A DNA stretch of 54,419 bases, filler included, from Sphacelaria rigidula (Eukaryota), in NCBI GenBank assembly GCA_964200075.2. It is 5 parts of 5 records of this genome, joined end to end, with 100 filler letters (N's around TTAATTAATTAA, not from the genome) between each part and the next. Parts side by side here need not be neighbours in the genome. Positions count along the whole stretch, not along the records: positions 32,715 to 43,517 come from CAXNAA020005883.1; positions 43,618 to 54,419 come from CAXNAA020005884.1; 3 more parts are not named here. One strand, written 5' to 3'. The notes under the pieces were generated by a model. The model made no database searches, was not told the DNA's origin, and saw only the letters and a program-made list of their open reading frames with translations. A program made the position numbers and the translations under genes. Positions 37,301 to 48,460 of this stretch are shown here, piece by piece. How positions within the stretch are numbered: the first letter of the stretch is position 1; each line of letters opens with the position of its first letter.

Positions 37301-39721
37301 TATGAATCTAAAATAGACGCAGCGGCTTCATGCGTATAACCCCGTACGCTGTATACTGTACATTGTATGCTGTACGGTTGCATAGCCGTTCAATTTTCAC
37401 TCCATTGAGTGGGGAGTGAGAGTACCTTGGTCCTTGTCGACTCGTACTTTGTGCTGAGAAACTCGCCCCCGAATTGCTTGGCGGTGAAGTGCATGTCCTC
37501 TATGGTGAGTCTTTTTCGCACGGCACGCTGCGCAAATACACAGGCTGGGCACCACGTCTTCTCCACATGCATTTTTTTTCCCGTATTGTTGGTATACATG
37601 ATACAGGTTCAGGGACCGCCAAGGCAGGGACAGGCACAGACACAAAGACGAGGGGGGGGGAGGAGGCGCACACACACGCATACATACACAAACGGTTAAT
37701 ACCGGAGGGATGCGCACTCGTGATCTTGCATGCCGTGGACATACGAACAGCGGAGCGAGGGGCGGGGGGGGGGGAGGGAGGGGTGTACTTATTTGTTGCT
37801 CACCTTCGTCGTTTGACCATTGACAGAGCGGGGGGGGGGGAGGGTACTCATGACCTTGCATGCCATAGCCACAAGCCCTTTGACCTCGCATCCCTACAAA
37901 GCCGGGACGGCGCACGCCAGGTTTTTGCTGAACTAGGCTGGCAATCAATCACCAAGCGTGAAGCGCCGTGATATGTTTGGCGAGTCGCATGAAGGGTGAG
38001 CTGCATCCTGCTCAGATTGTTCGGCCCGATGGGGAAGCGTACTGATTATCTTGCATTTGGATGACAGCCTCCAATAAGTTGCTTCATTTTCTGGTGTTGC
38101 CACTTTCAGAGACAGCCACGGCTTATACTGCCTCATCAGTGTCCCACCAGGGGGGGGGGGGGGTTCGATTGACAAAAGCATAGTAAACATGCTGAATCTA
38201 TCGACCCGCGTATTCGATCATCACTCCCGCACCGCGTCGACTCTCACGGAAGAAAAATACCATGTTTGACACTCGCGTCCTCACATTTTCACCGACCCAA
38301 AAATCAGGTGACTATCCGGAGAAAAACCCATATGCGCCCGACTGGAATCAAACCCGCGTTTTCACCGACCTTGTGGGGGTACTGATCTCAGTTGTACCAT
38401 TAGACTACCGAGGCGCGGCGGCCTTGCGGGATAGGTCACGGTGTACTTCGGCTCAGTATCGTGGGATCAATTGCTTCTACCGCCGACACACGCGTTTAGG
38501 CGCTGCCGTGTCACTACGTCGTGCAGCACAGAGAGCTATCGGTCTAGTCGGGGCTCATGACTATCGTCGAAACGAAAATAAACTGTTTTGGAATATTGAC
38601 GGTGTAACGGTCACGTTGAGGCATGCGTACTTGCGGGACGATTGTAGGGACACCTGTGGTGGCAAACATGACTTGCCCCAAACATAAGTGCATCTGATTG
38701 GCCGAGACGGCAGAAGATCTGATCGCACAGAGACACGTACATCAGTCACCCCTGATGGGCGGGTGTGATGAATAGCGGTGAGCTCTCGATAACGCTGACA
38801 GTTTTGAGCTGGCAGCGCAGCGGGGATGTGCATCTCTGTGTGTTGTAGTGTAGGTGTCCAGGTCGTCGCTGGACTGTTCCCGCATCGAGGGGAACGTAAG
38901 GGCGCTGACCGTCACGGCACCATAATACATACAGTCATATTCAGTGTCATGTGTAGCAGTGCGTGTATGTTGTCGTCCCAACTACTCCGGACGCCGGTCT
39001 ACACTTTTCGGTATATGTGGGCGCACCAGCCGGGGTCACACAGGAGGAAGGCCAACACATTCGTTTTCATTTTTTTTGTTTGTTTCAGTTCTCCACCTTC
39101 CTCCTGCGGTATTTGTCTTTTTCTTTAACGCGAAAGGGGTTCAGCAGTCCCTTTCCCTCGTCGACAATTATGTCGAATTTTGTGTACCCACGACATAGTC
39201 GCTCTGCACTGTTGGGCGTTGTGTGAGAATAAAAAACATATCGCTCCGAGATTTGAACCCACGACCCAACTGTCAGAGGGTTTCGAGGTTACCAACTGAG
39301 CCACCGGGGCGACAGGTGTAGCAGTGCCATACAGAAACACCACAGTTTGTACAGGGGCGTTCCTCCGTGATTGTACCACGTATGGTTAAGGCTACTATCC
39401 GTAATGCGTGCACCGGAATTCTGATTATGTAGAATCTGCGGCGTTGCCAAACATGGAGAGCGAAGAGAAAAACATTTGGTGCACCCGAGGAGTTCTCTGA
39501 TACAGGTACCGCGTGAAAATGTCGGTACTCGCCGTTCGCCACTTTCGGGTACACGCGCCAAGATGGAGGTGCAGTCGGGGGGGGGGGGGGGGGAAAAAAA
39601 AAATCAACGGCCCCCCCAGTTGGGGTTCCCCAAGAGGGAAAGAGGCGCGGCNNNNNNNNNNCCCCCCCGCCCCCCCCCCCCCCCCCTCCGCGGCCGGCCG
39701 CGCGGGGGCGGGCCACCGGCG

Positions 39722-39756
<35 letters not shown>

Positions 39757-42700
39757 CGAAACACAGTTCCAGTCACACCTGTTGGATTTGCAGTCATGGT
39801 GAGGAGTTCTGCCGTCTCGGCTAATCAGATATAGCCGTACCTGCGGCAGTTCATGCCGCTACCAGAGCTATACCCGAACATGTCCGCAAAGTACTTCGGA
39901 ATACCTGGACGTGATTGTCACCTTTTGGGAACACTCACATTATGGTAAAATATGTTGTTCGGTGCAGTCTCCCACTCGTGACCCTCGGCACATCGGAAGC
40001 GAAGCTTCTCGACCATTCCTGGTTTTCGTTTTTCAATGAACAAATAAACAACGAACAGACGAAAGTCGAGACAAATAGCCGGCAGGTCAATTTCCATATA
40101 CATCAATATTTCATTTACCCATCGGGCAAACGGGATGGTAACTACAATAGGTCGAGCACCGTTGGATGCGACCTTCAAGCAGCAGCACAAACGGCCCGAG
40201 TAGCGTGAGTACGTAACTACAGTCAAGGACGGAAACTTCACGGAAAGAGTCCAACATGCATTCCCGAATACATATCTAGCAAAAGCAGGGTACGCCGTGC
40301 CAGGTATGACGTCAAAACCATCCTACTGATGATGTCGGATGCACTTGGATGGTCCACCTTGCTAGCCTTCCTGGCTTTCTGTTTCCCGGAAAGACTCTCT
40401 GTCTCTCCTCTCACACACACTCTCTCTAGGGCTGTCAACCTGCGTGCGCTCCACACTAATGCAGTAAATCCACGAACTCAGACTCTACACTACTAAAAAG
40501 GCACCGACACAGCGCCCGCGACCGCCAATCTTCTCCCGGGACATGAGTCTTGCTACATAGCCTCAGACACCAAAAATCATGTGACATCAACGTGCGTTTA
40601 TAGTCGAAAAATAGGAAGATTGCGTAACATACAGTGTTTTCAATATGTTTTAATTATACTTTTAGTAAAAGGTCAAATTAAAATACATAAAAAAATGTAA
40701 AAAAAAAAGAAGGGGAAAAAACATGATAATTAGATTTTGATTAATGGGCCTGCGCCGAGAAGTGCCTCTCCTGACACACCACTCGATCGAACCCCTTCCG
40801 TGGTTTTCAGTTCATTTGCACAATATACAGTAATACCTCTGAAGACGGTAGACAGGCACTCTCCTCCTTTATCCTTCGCGATTTGCTGCATGAGCGCAAG
40901 GTCTCGTTTTCGCTGGGTGGGCGCTTGCATTTGAACTTTATACACTCTCGAATCGGCACAAGTGGGACAATAGAAGCATACCGGCTGCCCGTTAGCCGCC
41001 CAAACGTGCCCTCTGTGGTCAGTTTGGACCGGAGATACAAGGGGGCAATGGTTGGGACGGGGCGGGGCGGGGGGGAGGGGGTCAGTTTTTCTTTTACATA
41101 ATTTCACAAGGGAAACAATTCAACGCAATATTTTATATATACACGAGCCAGCACTTTCGCACAGCGTCTATTATGACCCACCCCCCGAGACTGTGGTTTG
41201 GAGTATGATCCTAGTTCATTCCACTCCTTTCGTATCGTACCTAAAACACTCCTCACCCCTTATTTTATCATAGGGGAGGTGGAAGGGGGACAATCAGCAA
41301 TAAATACGTTTCAAGTTGAATCATTGTGGTGCAAGTATATGCTCAGGCGTCAAAACATGTTGAATTCTTGGGATAACTGGGAACAACTTTACAAGTTGAA
41401 TAATTGTAGCACAAGTATGTGCCCAAGCGTCAAAACATGTTGATTTTTTACGGAGACTTAGAACAACTCTCTGGGGCGAGGCGAGCGGGAAGGGGGGGGT
41501 GTAGTCATGATCTTGCATGCCGTAGTCATAAGACCATTGACCTCGCATCCCTACAAAGCCGGGACGGAGCACGCCGGGTTGTCGCCGGACCAGGCTCACA
41601 ATCAATCACCCAAGCGCGAAGCGCCTTGGTGTGTTCGGAGAGTCGCATAAAGGGTGAGCTGCATCCTGCTAAGATTGCCCGGTCCGAAGCGTACTGATTA
41701 CCTTGCATATGGATGACAGCCTACAATGAGTTGCTTCATTTCATGGTCGCCACTTCCAGAGACAGCCCCGGGTTGTACACTGCCTCATGGGTGTCTCACC
41801 ATTTACACACTACGTAGTATGATCACCCCCTTTGCGCGGAGTTGAGGTTCTCCCACCCCGCAAACTATCATGTAGCTCGATCACCACCATGGCTACCGCG
41901 AAAAAATGCGAGCGCACAACAGAAAACGGTAACTTGGTTGCCTAGCCTACACAATGAGTTGCGTGTTTACAGCGTCATCGCGAACCGACGTCAACCCCAT
42001 AGGGGGTCCGCCCTTACAAAGCCTGGACCGAGAACGCCGGGTTTTCGCCGGACCAGGGGGGGGGGGGGAGGGAAACAACGTGCGCCGGTACAGTAGTGTA
42101 GGTATCGGTATGATGACAAAATAATAGCACCAAGAACATTACAGTACAAGTACAACGTACCTACACTACTACTACAATGCCCACGCACAACAGGACGATT
42201 GGAAAAACACAAAAGCAGGTGAATATCACCCATCAACTCAAAGTACAGGTTAGCTGATTTCTCAGAAACCGGATTGACAATACTTGCAAGGTATCTGGCG
42301 ATTCTGATTCTGTAGCCTCAGGCGATACCCGAGTTTTCATCAATATCCCCAAAAACAAGTACTGGGGTGTTATTCAGGGGGTGTTATTCGGCGTAATGGT
42401 TCAAAACGGTATCGAATATGGTAAGTGTTATGCATATTATAGTGCGGTACGTGATACGTCCGCAACACAACAACACCACCATGACCACCAAAATGAGTGG
42501 TTCATGTTTCCACGTGTGCTAAACTGTTTTGATTATGGTAACGGAGAAAAGTGATCGGAACGAACGCACTTGCGGCCGTTCACCTACGGGAACTATTGTC
42601 AGTTTGTGAGCAAGGGAAAGTGGAACACAGAAGGGAAACACTAGACACGAGCAACGCCCTGTCCCGCACTAGCTTACGAGTACCAAGTTACGGTGTTCGT

Positions 42701-43370
42701 AGATATCGCGTGTGTTCGCTTTCCGGTTACCGGTTACCGGTGAACGACAAAGACAACGACAACTCCGCTTGAAAGGGAGGGAAAGTGTCGACTTGGCTTT
42801 GGGCAAACACTGGAACACCTTCGTACACAATTTCAGCAACAGTGCAGCAAGAGGAAAAACACGGGCGCAAACGGAACCCTTCAACAACCACATCAAAGCA
42901 CATACACAAGTGCTCTCCACACGAAACTTGAAAGTATATAGTAACGAGTTAGGGAGGGAGGAGGGAGAGAGGACGGACGGTCGGCTTGAGGGAATGAGGG
43001 AAGACAAGGAAAAATACAAAAAAAAGTCGAGGCAAATTACAATTTTCAGATGCTCAGTCGACTACCGAAATAGTCGGGTGGCCGAGAACTTTGGGAACAT
43101 ACGACAGATCAAGCACAAGCAGGACTCACACACACACACAAACGCGAAGAAGAAACTCACTTGTGACATCGGAAGGCAGTCAGAGGGCATTTCCCGTCCT
43201 TCACACAAGGCAAGTCGGAGGTAACTTTCGGACTGCTGGCCGTAGCACCATCTCCAACACCAGCTGTAATTTCACCACCACCACCACCACCACCACCATT
43301 TGTATGTACACCCGCGACGCCACCAATCGTCCCCACAGCTGGATCCGGTTCCTTGGCGGTTGTTACCCCT
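34359..43370 (-). CDS. Multi-exon protein with three zinc-ribbon repeats (C..GHxW/F...CxxC), two with GGx(C/F)LS linkers; 5' end uncertain
   Basis: Phase-consistent exons: ~43370-43161, 41012-40837, 40018-39939, 37557-37426, 35751-35656, 34571-34359. Spliced product: FRCHKGHVW..CPTC..AKDKGGECLSTVFRGMVEKLRFRCAEGHEW..TWCPAC..AKQFGGEFLSTKYESTRTKYKWRCKRGHVF..FCKRC. Confidence 0.85.
36015..36340. mobile_element. Two tail-to-tail fragments of the gtgcgacaatcaat-tailed dispersed family
   Basis: 36015-36198 (+) ends gtgcgacaatcgatcaatcgatcaatcaa. 36265-36340 is in the opposite orientation. Both match 23436-23612. Confidence 0.6.
37705..38163 (-). mobile_element. Head-to-tail stack of three poly(C)-tailed retroposon copies
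   Basis: Subfamily-2 stub (~37708-37745), G-run, subfamily-1 stub (~37783-37824), G-run, subfamily-2 copy (~37845-38149), G14. Confidence 0.8.
38165..38416 (-). mobile_element. Probable tRNA-derived SINE (family B)
   Basis: Minus-strand head gcgcctcggTAGTCTAATGGtac...gGGTTTGATTCCagtcgggcgc carries Pol III A and B boxes but has no canonical cloverleaf. The 3' limit is uncertain. Confidence 0.55.
38963..39315 (-). mobile_element. Full-length tRNA-derived SINE (family A, 353 bp) with 12-bp TSD
   Basis: A box TGGCTCAGTTGG and B box GGTTCAAATCT in 39241-39310 (-). TSD gtgtagcagtgc at 38951-38962 and 39316-39327. The 3' part recurs at 54320-54419. Confidence 0.88.
41312..41470. repeat. Diverged ~81-bp tandem duplication
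   Basis: caagttgaat(c/a)attgt...caagtat(a/g)tgc..a(g/a)gcgtcaaaacatgttga occurs twice. Confidence 0.75.
41487..41885 (-). mobile_element. Poly(C)-tailed retroposon copy (subfamily 2), with a further fragment at 42010-42072
   Basis: G-run followed by tgtagtcatgatcttgcatgccgtagtcataagaccattgacctcgcatccc... Homologous to 32139-32535. Confidence 0.82.
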
Positions 43371-43517
43371 CCACACACACACATACACATACACACGACA
43401 TCCCGCAACGCCATCCAAGAACGTAAATATCCCAAAAACGCATTTGTAAGTGCAGGAGAGGGGCACGCGCGCGGGGGGGTGGGGGGGGGGGGGGGGGGGT
43501 TGGGTTTTATCACGTGC

Positions 43518-43617
43518 NNNNNNNNNNNNNNNNNNNNNNNNNNNNNNNNNNNNNNNNNNNNTTAATTAATTAANNNNNNNNNNNNNNNNNNNNNNNNNNN
43601 NNNNNNNNNNNNNNNNN
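43518..43617. other. Artificial contig linker
   Basis: N44-TTAATTAATTAA-N44. Confidence 0.98.
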
Positions 43618-43854
43618 TTATTCACTGATTGACCGCTTTTCACTCTCAATCGTATCATCTACTCTCAATCTCACGAAAACACTGTTTATAGTAGAAAGTG
43701 TCTCATGTTCAAGCGAAAGTGTCTGTGCTCTGAGGTAATCGATGTTAACGGCTGTAACCCGGATGTTGGAGCGGGCGATGTCCATCAGACCTCGATTGAA
43801 CAAGTACTACTCTCGCTCTTCTCCTGGCTGAAGGAAAGTTTCAAGGTTGTGTTT

Positions 43855-44375
43855 TGTAGGGTACGGGCATTTCGTGATGTATGAGATTTCTCAGAATTTA
43901 TAGAACCTGTGGGGTATGGTAGTATGGAGGTTGTACGGAAATCCTTACCCCCGCAACTGGGTATGTATGCAAGGCTATACCGGCCCCATGGGTCAGGGTA
44001 AACATATCGTACACATCATACAGAGAGAATTATCGGGTACCAGTATGGGAGGCTTACAGAACTGACATAACTTATAGAATTGTCGGGTACGTACGAGCAA
44101 TACCCGGCTAGAACCTCCGGGTATGTTGAAAATGGGAACATACAGAGAACGACACAAACTAAAAAAAATCCAAAACAATGCTTCAATAAATCATGTTTTT
44201 TGTGCATCGTTGGGTTTCGGTTTGGCTTTTGGCCTTCGTTTTCCTCTGGGGTTCCCCCGAGAACGGTTGAAGGAAAAAAAGTCAGGGCTCACCGGCACGG
44301 TATGGGTATTTTTGGTAGGGTGTGATATTTCTTCCAGAAGTTTTAAAAACTGTCGGGTACAGTACGGAGGTACCA
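43855..44375. repeat. Degenerate GGGTA(C/T)G / AGAA(C/T)T-rich internally repetitive tract, probably a decayed non-autonomous DNA transposon
   Basis: Recurrent agaa(t/c)tt(a)tagaa(t/c)tgtcgggtac motif at ~43893, ~44028, ~44059 and ~44337. Confidence 0.45.
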
Positions 44376-45200
44376 TGCAAGATATAACCTTGGAAATTTC
44401 AACTTCGAAATATCGAAGTTGCGTAAGATACAGTCTGAACAAATACAGAGTAATGAAATCAAGTGTTAATTTAATTCAAAATGGAAACAAGTAACTTATG
44501 AAACCACCATGACCCCCTGTGGATCTCAACATCAAACAGATCACTATACCAATAATATTACCAAACAACTATGCAATGCGAATATCAAACCTTTCTTCAA
44601 GCGCCCTCAGATTTACACCTTAGCCCCACTGCCACTTTGCAAGCTAACACGATACATGATACCGATTCAGTGGACACACCTGGGCGGTCAAATACTACAA
44701 TTTAAGCTGTTTTGTGCATGAGCCAGGCGTTAACTAAAAACTTGACACACAGCAGATCCCACCACCAATGCTTGTATGCAAAACATGTAGATCACCTCCT
44801 GCTCATATTCGAAACGAGCATTCGCGACTGATCTTGCCTCGTGAACCCCATGACAGTAGCACCGCTTGTGTAACACCCACTACTCTGCCGCATGCCACTT
44901 CTCGTCCACGTGCATGTCCCCACATGATCGCGCATTGTGCAGACGTATCGTCCAACATGCACCCATGATAACAACGGGCCGTCTAACCAGACCTTGTCTT
45001 CCCCTCGTACTGATGATACTCATCCATCCCCGTTCTGTCTCCGCATGGCCTGCCGAAACCTCAAACGTATAAGCCGTCCCACAGCATATACCAATACCTC
45101 TCCTGTACACGAGCTGTAGCCCCGACCGGGTCGCGAGGTAAATTCGGAAAGCAAACTATTCACTTATAGCACAATCGCCAAGGACTCAAAAACATATCGT

Positions 45201-47162
45201 CTAAAGATCCGGGTCGTCGTCGTCCATGCCCGTCGCCCCTGCTGATGTGGCCGCGCCACCGGACGCCCCAGTACCCTCCGATGTTACACCCGCTCCCACA
45301 GAACTCCCAGCTCCTGTTTGTGATGCTGCGCCACCTACAGGATGTGCTGGTGGGTACTTCTCTCTCGTCATGCCAGCTGCTCGCTCGGCCTCTGCCTGTG
45401 TGTACTGTTCTTGCGCGACGTCTTTCATCCTAATGAATAAGTAAAACGAGGACAATTGAACAAAAGGGGCCACAAACTCCGTATACAGGACAGTATATTT
45501 CGAGGCTTGAATACCAGGTCTATGGTGGCAACGAAAGTGTTCGTGTTTAAAACCGACTGGTTTCTCTTCGGCACAGGATACTGTTTTCACATTCAGCTCA
45601 ACCAAGATCGTTAGCATGGCGAGGTTCCCCACAGCTTTCTTGATGCTTTGTCGCTGCTCTAGACAATTTTCGAGCCTCACAACAAACGTCGGAACGCCAA
45701 ACTCAGGCAATACATTGTGAAATAATTCAACAATAACTCGCCTTCGTTTGTGCAGCTTGGACTTGATGTGTACGCGCTTGGTTTCTGCGTCGGTAAAATG
45801 CCGAGCGCAGGGTGTGCAATAGAATTGGCCCTGCCCGGGTAAGTCATCATCAATTTCGAAAACTGTTTCCTCTCCTTTCTCCTCCTCCGCCGCCAGCTCG
45901 TCCTGAATCTGATCCACGTCTTTTCGTCTGTCGTGAAGGAATTGTAATACGTCAAGCGAAATGACAGGAGTGAAGGCGCGACGAGCAGCTCACCTACTGA
46001 GCTTGAATTCACTAATACGCGAGCGTGTGGTTAGCGAGTTGATACCGCGGGTATGCACCGAGCTGCACCAGGAAGAAGAAAACAACACAGGTAGCGTGTG
46101 ACCCATGCACCTTCGGTGTCCAATCAGAAAGCTGCTCATGCAGAGGTCCAGGATGGATACGTGTCTCGGCCCTAAGATGAACTTCACGAAGAAGTTACGG
46201 GGCACTAGAGCACACTGGTGCACGCTCATGTCGCTCTTGCTACGCGTTTGGTTGTTGGCAATGCACACGTCAACAGCGAACAGGGGTGTAAACAACAATA
46301 TCCAGGGCTGTTCTCGACTGTGGTATTTAGGAAGTTAATGCACGGTACAGTGCCTCGCTTTCGCGGGATCTCTGTGGAACATGGCATGCAGTATCTGTGA
46401 TATGCGGTACGGTGCACGGCTGGAATTTGATCACGACATCAAACACAACATTAGGGACCCCTCTCCCATCATCACACCAGCTACCATGCCCTGCAGTACT
46501 GCGGCAGCAAGCACGGGTGCAGCAACAGAGCGATCACCAGTAGCAGCAGTGTCGGCCGCTGAGACACCGGCCCTATTAATGAATTTCCTCAGACCCGCAC
46601 CCGCATACCGCAAAAGAAACCCGGAAACAATGAAACAAATGTAGCGGAGGCATCCCTCCTCATGTGCAATGGACACGAGTGTGGAACAAGAAGAAACATA
46701 AAAACAGGAGTCTGAATGCATTCGGTCTCTGTAATCCATATTTCCCGACTGCTTGCTCACCCGTGAGTCACAATGTCATGCATTTTCAAGAGGTTTCGGG
46801 TAGCACCTTGTGTATTGTGCAACCCAGTACCGGCATGTCGTGGTATTTGCGCTGAACGGCACGGTGTTTCATGGTACTGTCTGCACGGTTGACGGCAAGT
46901 ACAAGCTTTCGCAGTGTCGAGTTCGTGGTGCTGGAGTTCGCAAATCTGTGCGATACCCGCGGGTAGCATCCAAACACCGCAATGCACTGGCGTGAAATCA
47001 CTGGCGTGAAGGAACCGAGGACGGCGTTTCGTATTTTCGGCTAGTCGCATCTGGTACAACCGATACACACCTGTTCTTGGTGGCGTGGATCTTCTTGTAC
47101 ACCTTGTTCTTCGCCTTGTGGCCGCCCTTTCCGCCCTTGGACTTTCGCTGTCCAACTCCCAT
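45201..47162 (-). CDS. BUD20: BUD20/ZNF593-family C2H2 zinc-finger 60S ribosome biogenesis factor (168 aa)
   Basis: Exons 47162-47071, 45927-45742, 45429-45201. Spliced product: MGVGQRKSKGGK..TKNRRKDVDQIQDEL..DDDLPGQGQFYCTPCARHF..HIKSKLHKRRMKDVAQEQYTQAEAERAAG. Intron 2 has a GC donor. Confidence 0.92.
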
Positions 47163-48460
47163 CGTGAGCAACGCCCTACGCGATGAAGATTCTCGTCAGA
47201 GTAGTCTGACCTCACAATCGAGGTATATTCGGCACACTCAATGCGTGGTACGAAGACAAGTAGACCTGAAAGTTGGAGCGGGTACAGGACAAAATGCGCA
47301 CAAGCGCAGCAGCAAAAATTAGTGAGCCATGCGGCCTCGGAAGCATACACATACATATCAGCGCAGAGCGAGGTAGGCATGGGGGAACTTGCAGTTGGGA
47401 CGATTTATCCTGCGTTGCCCAGACTGGACGAACGTAAACCGTGCTGTTGATAAAAAACCTTCAAGTTTGAATGTTGATGAGAAACCAACCCGGGACTGTC
47501 ACCAGATCGAAAAGCTCGGGACTGTCAATTAAGGGCTGGCATACATGTACATTGTACATCACCCGAGTAGTACAAAACAACAGAAGTCCGAAACACTGCT
47601 GCACTATCTCTAATATTGTGTGTTGGCCACCCATGAGCAAGGAGACATAAGTTACCACCACCTTTGCGGGATATTTCAGTTGGTGGCTACAAACGCTCAC
47701 ATCAGGTCTGCGCCAAAGAACATGCAAATGCCTCTTGTTCGTAAAACGGTCGCACCAAGTTCCTCAATAATTCCGCTGTGCTTGCCCCTGGGTTCGGCGT
47801 ACGATGTAAAACCTCAGGCCTCCGGAAGAGGAAATCAGAGCACACCCCATGCCTGCTTGCACTGGTGCAGTTAGCTCGAGTTCAGCTCCAGCTTCCGCAA
47901 CGGTTGTGTACCGCAACACTGACAATCCTGTACTGTACTCAACTACTGCTTGGTAGTCCAAGTACTTCTTTCGTGGCTGCAACTAGTGCGGAAAACATTG
48001 TGGGAAACATACAGCATCGCCGACAGTTAGCTTCATTTTAGGGTAGGGTATTTACCTGAAAGTCGATTGGTAGCTTCGGGTTCCTTTCAACTTGACAGCG
48101 ACGACAGGGCAAGGGAAGTGGCGTGAAGAAAAAAGTCCCGGCAATGGGGAGCGAGGCATGGCTTGCCTCTCTAAAGTATCATGTTCCATTATTAATATCT
48201 GTGCACGCATCACTTCTAAATATCGCCTACGCATGTCTAGAATTGCGACTGCCTATTTAGTAACCAAGGATGAGTAACATGCTTTAGAGTTTTTTTCGCT
48301 CTCCATCTTCGAATTATTTTTTCTCCTCATAAAGGTCTCTGCTAGATCGGCCGCGGGACTGCTATTCGTGGACGAATATGTGTATGAAAAAACATACCCA
48401 AGCTCGTCCATCAGCTGTATCCTGTCCGTATCGGGTAGGGTGCTCCTTGTCACTGACACC

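Noticed and set aside
39241-39310. Functional tRNA gene
   Set aside because: A/B boxes are present but there is no proper acceptor or anticodon stem, and the sequence is embedded in a TSD-flanked repeat, so it is a SINE head.
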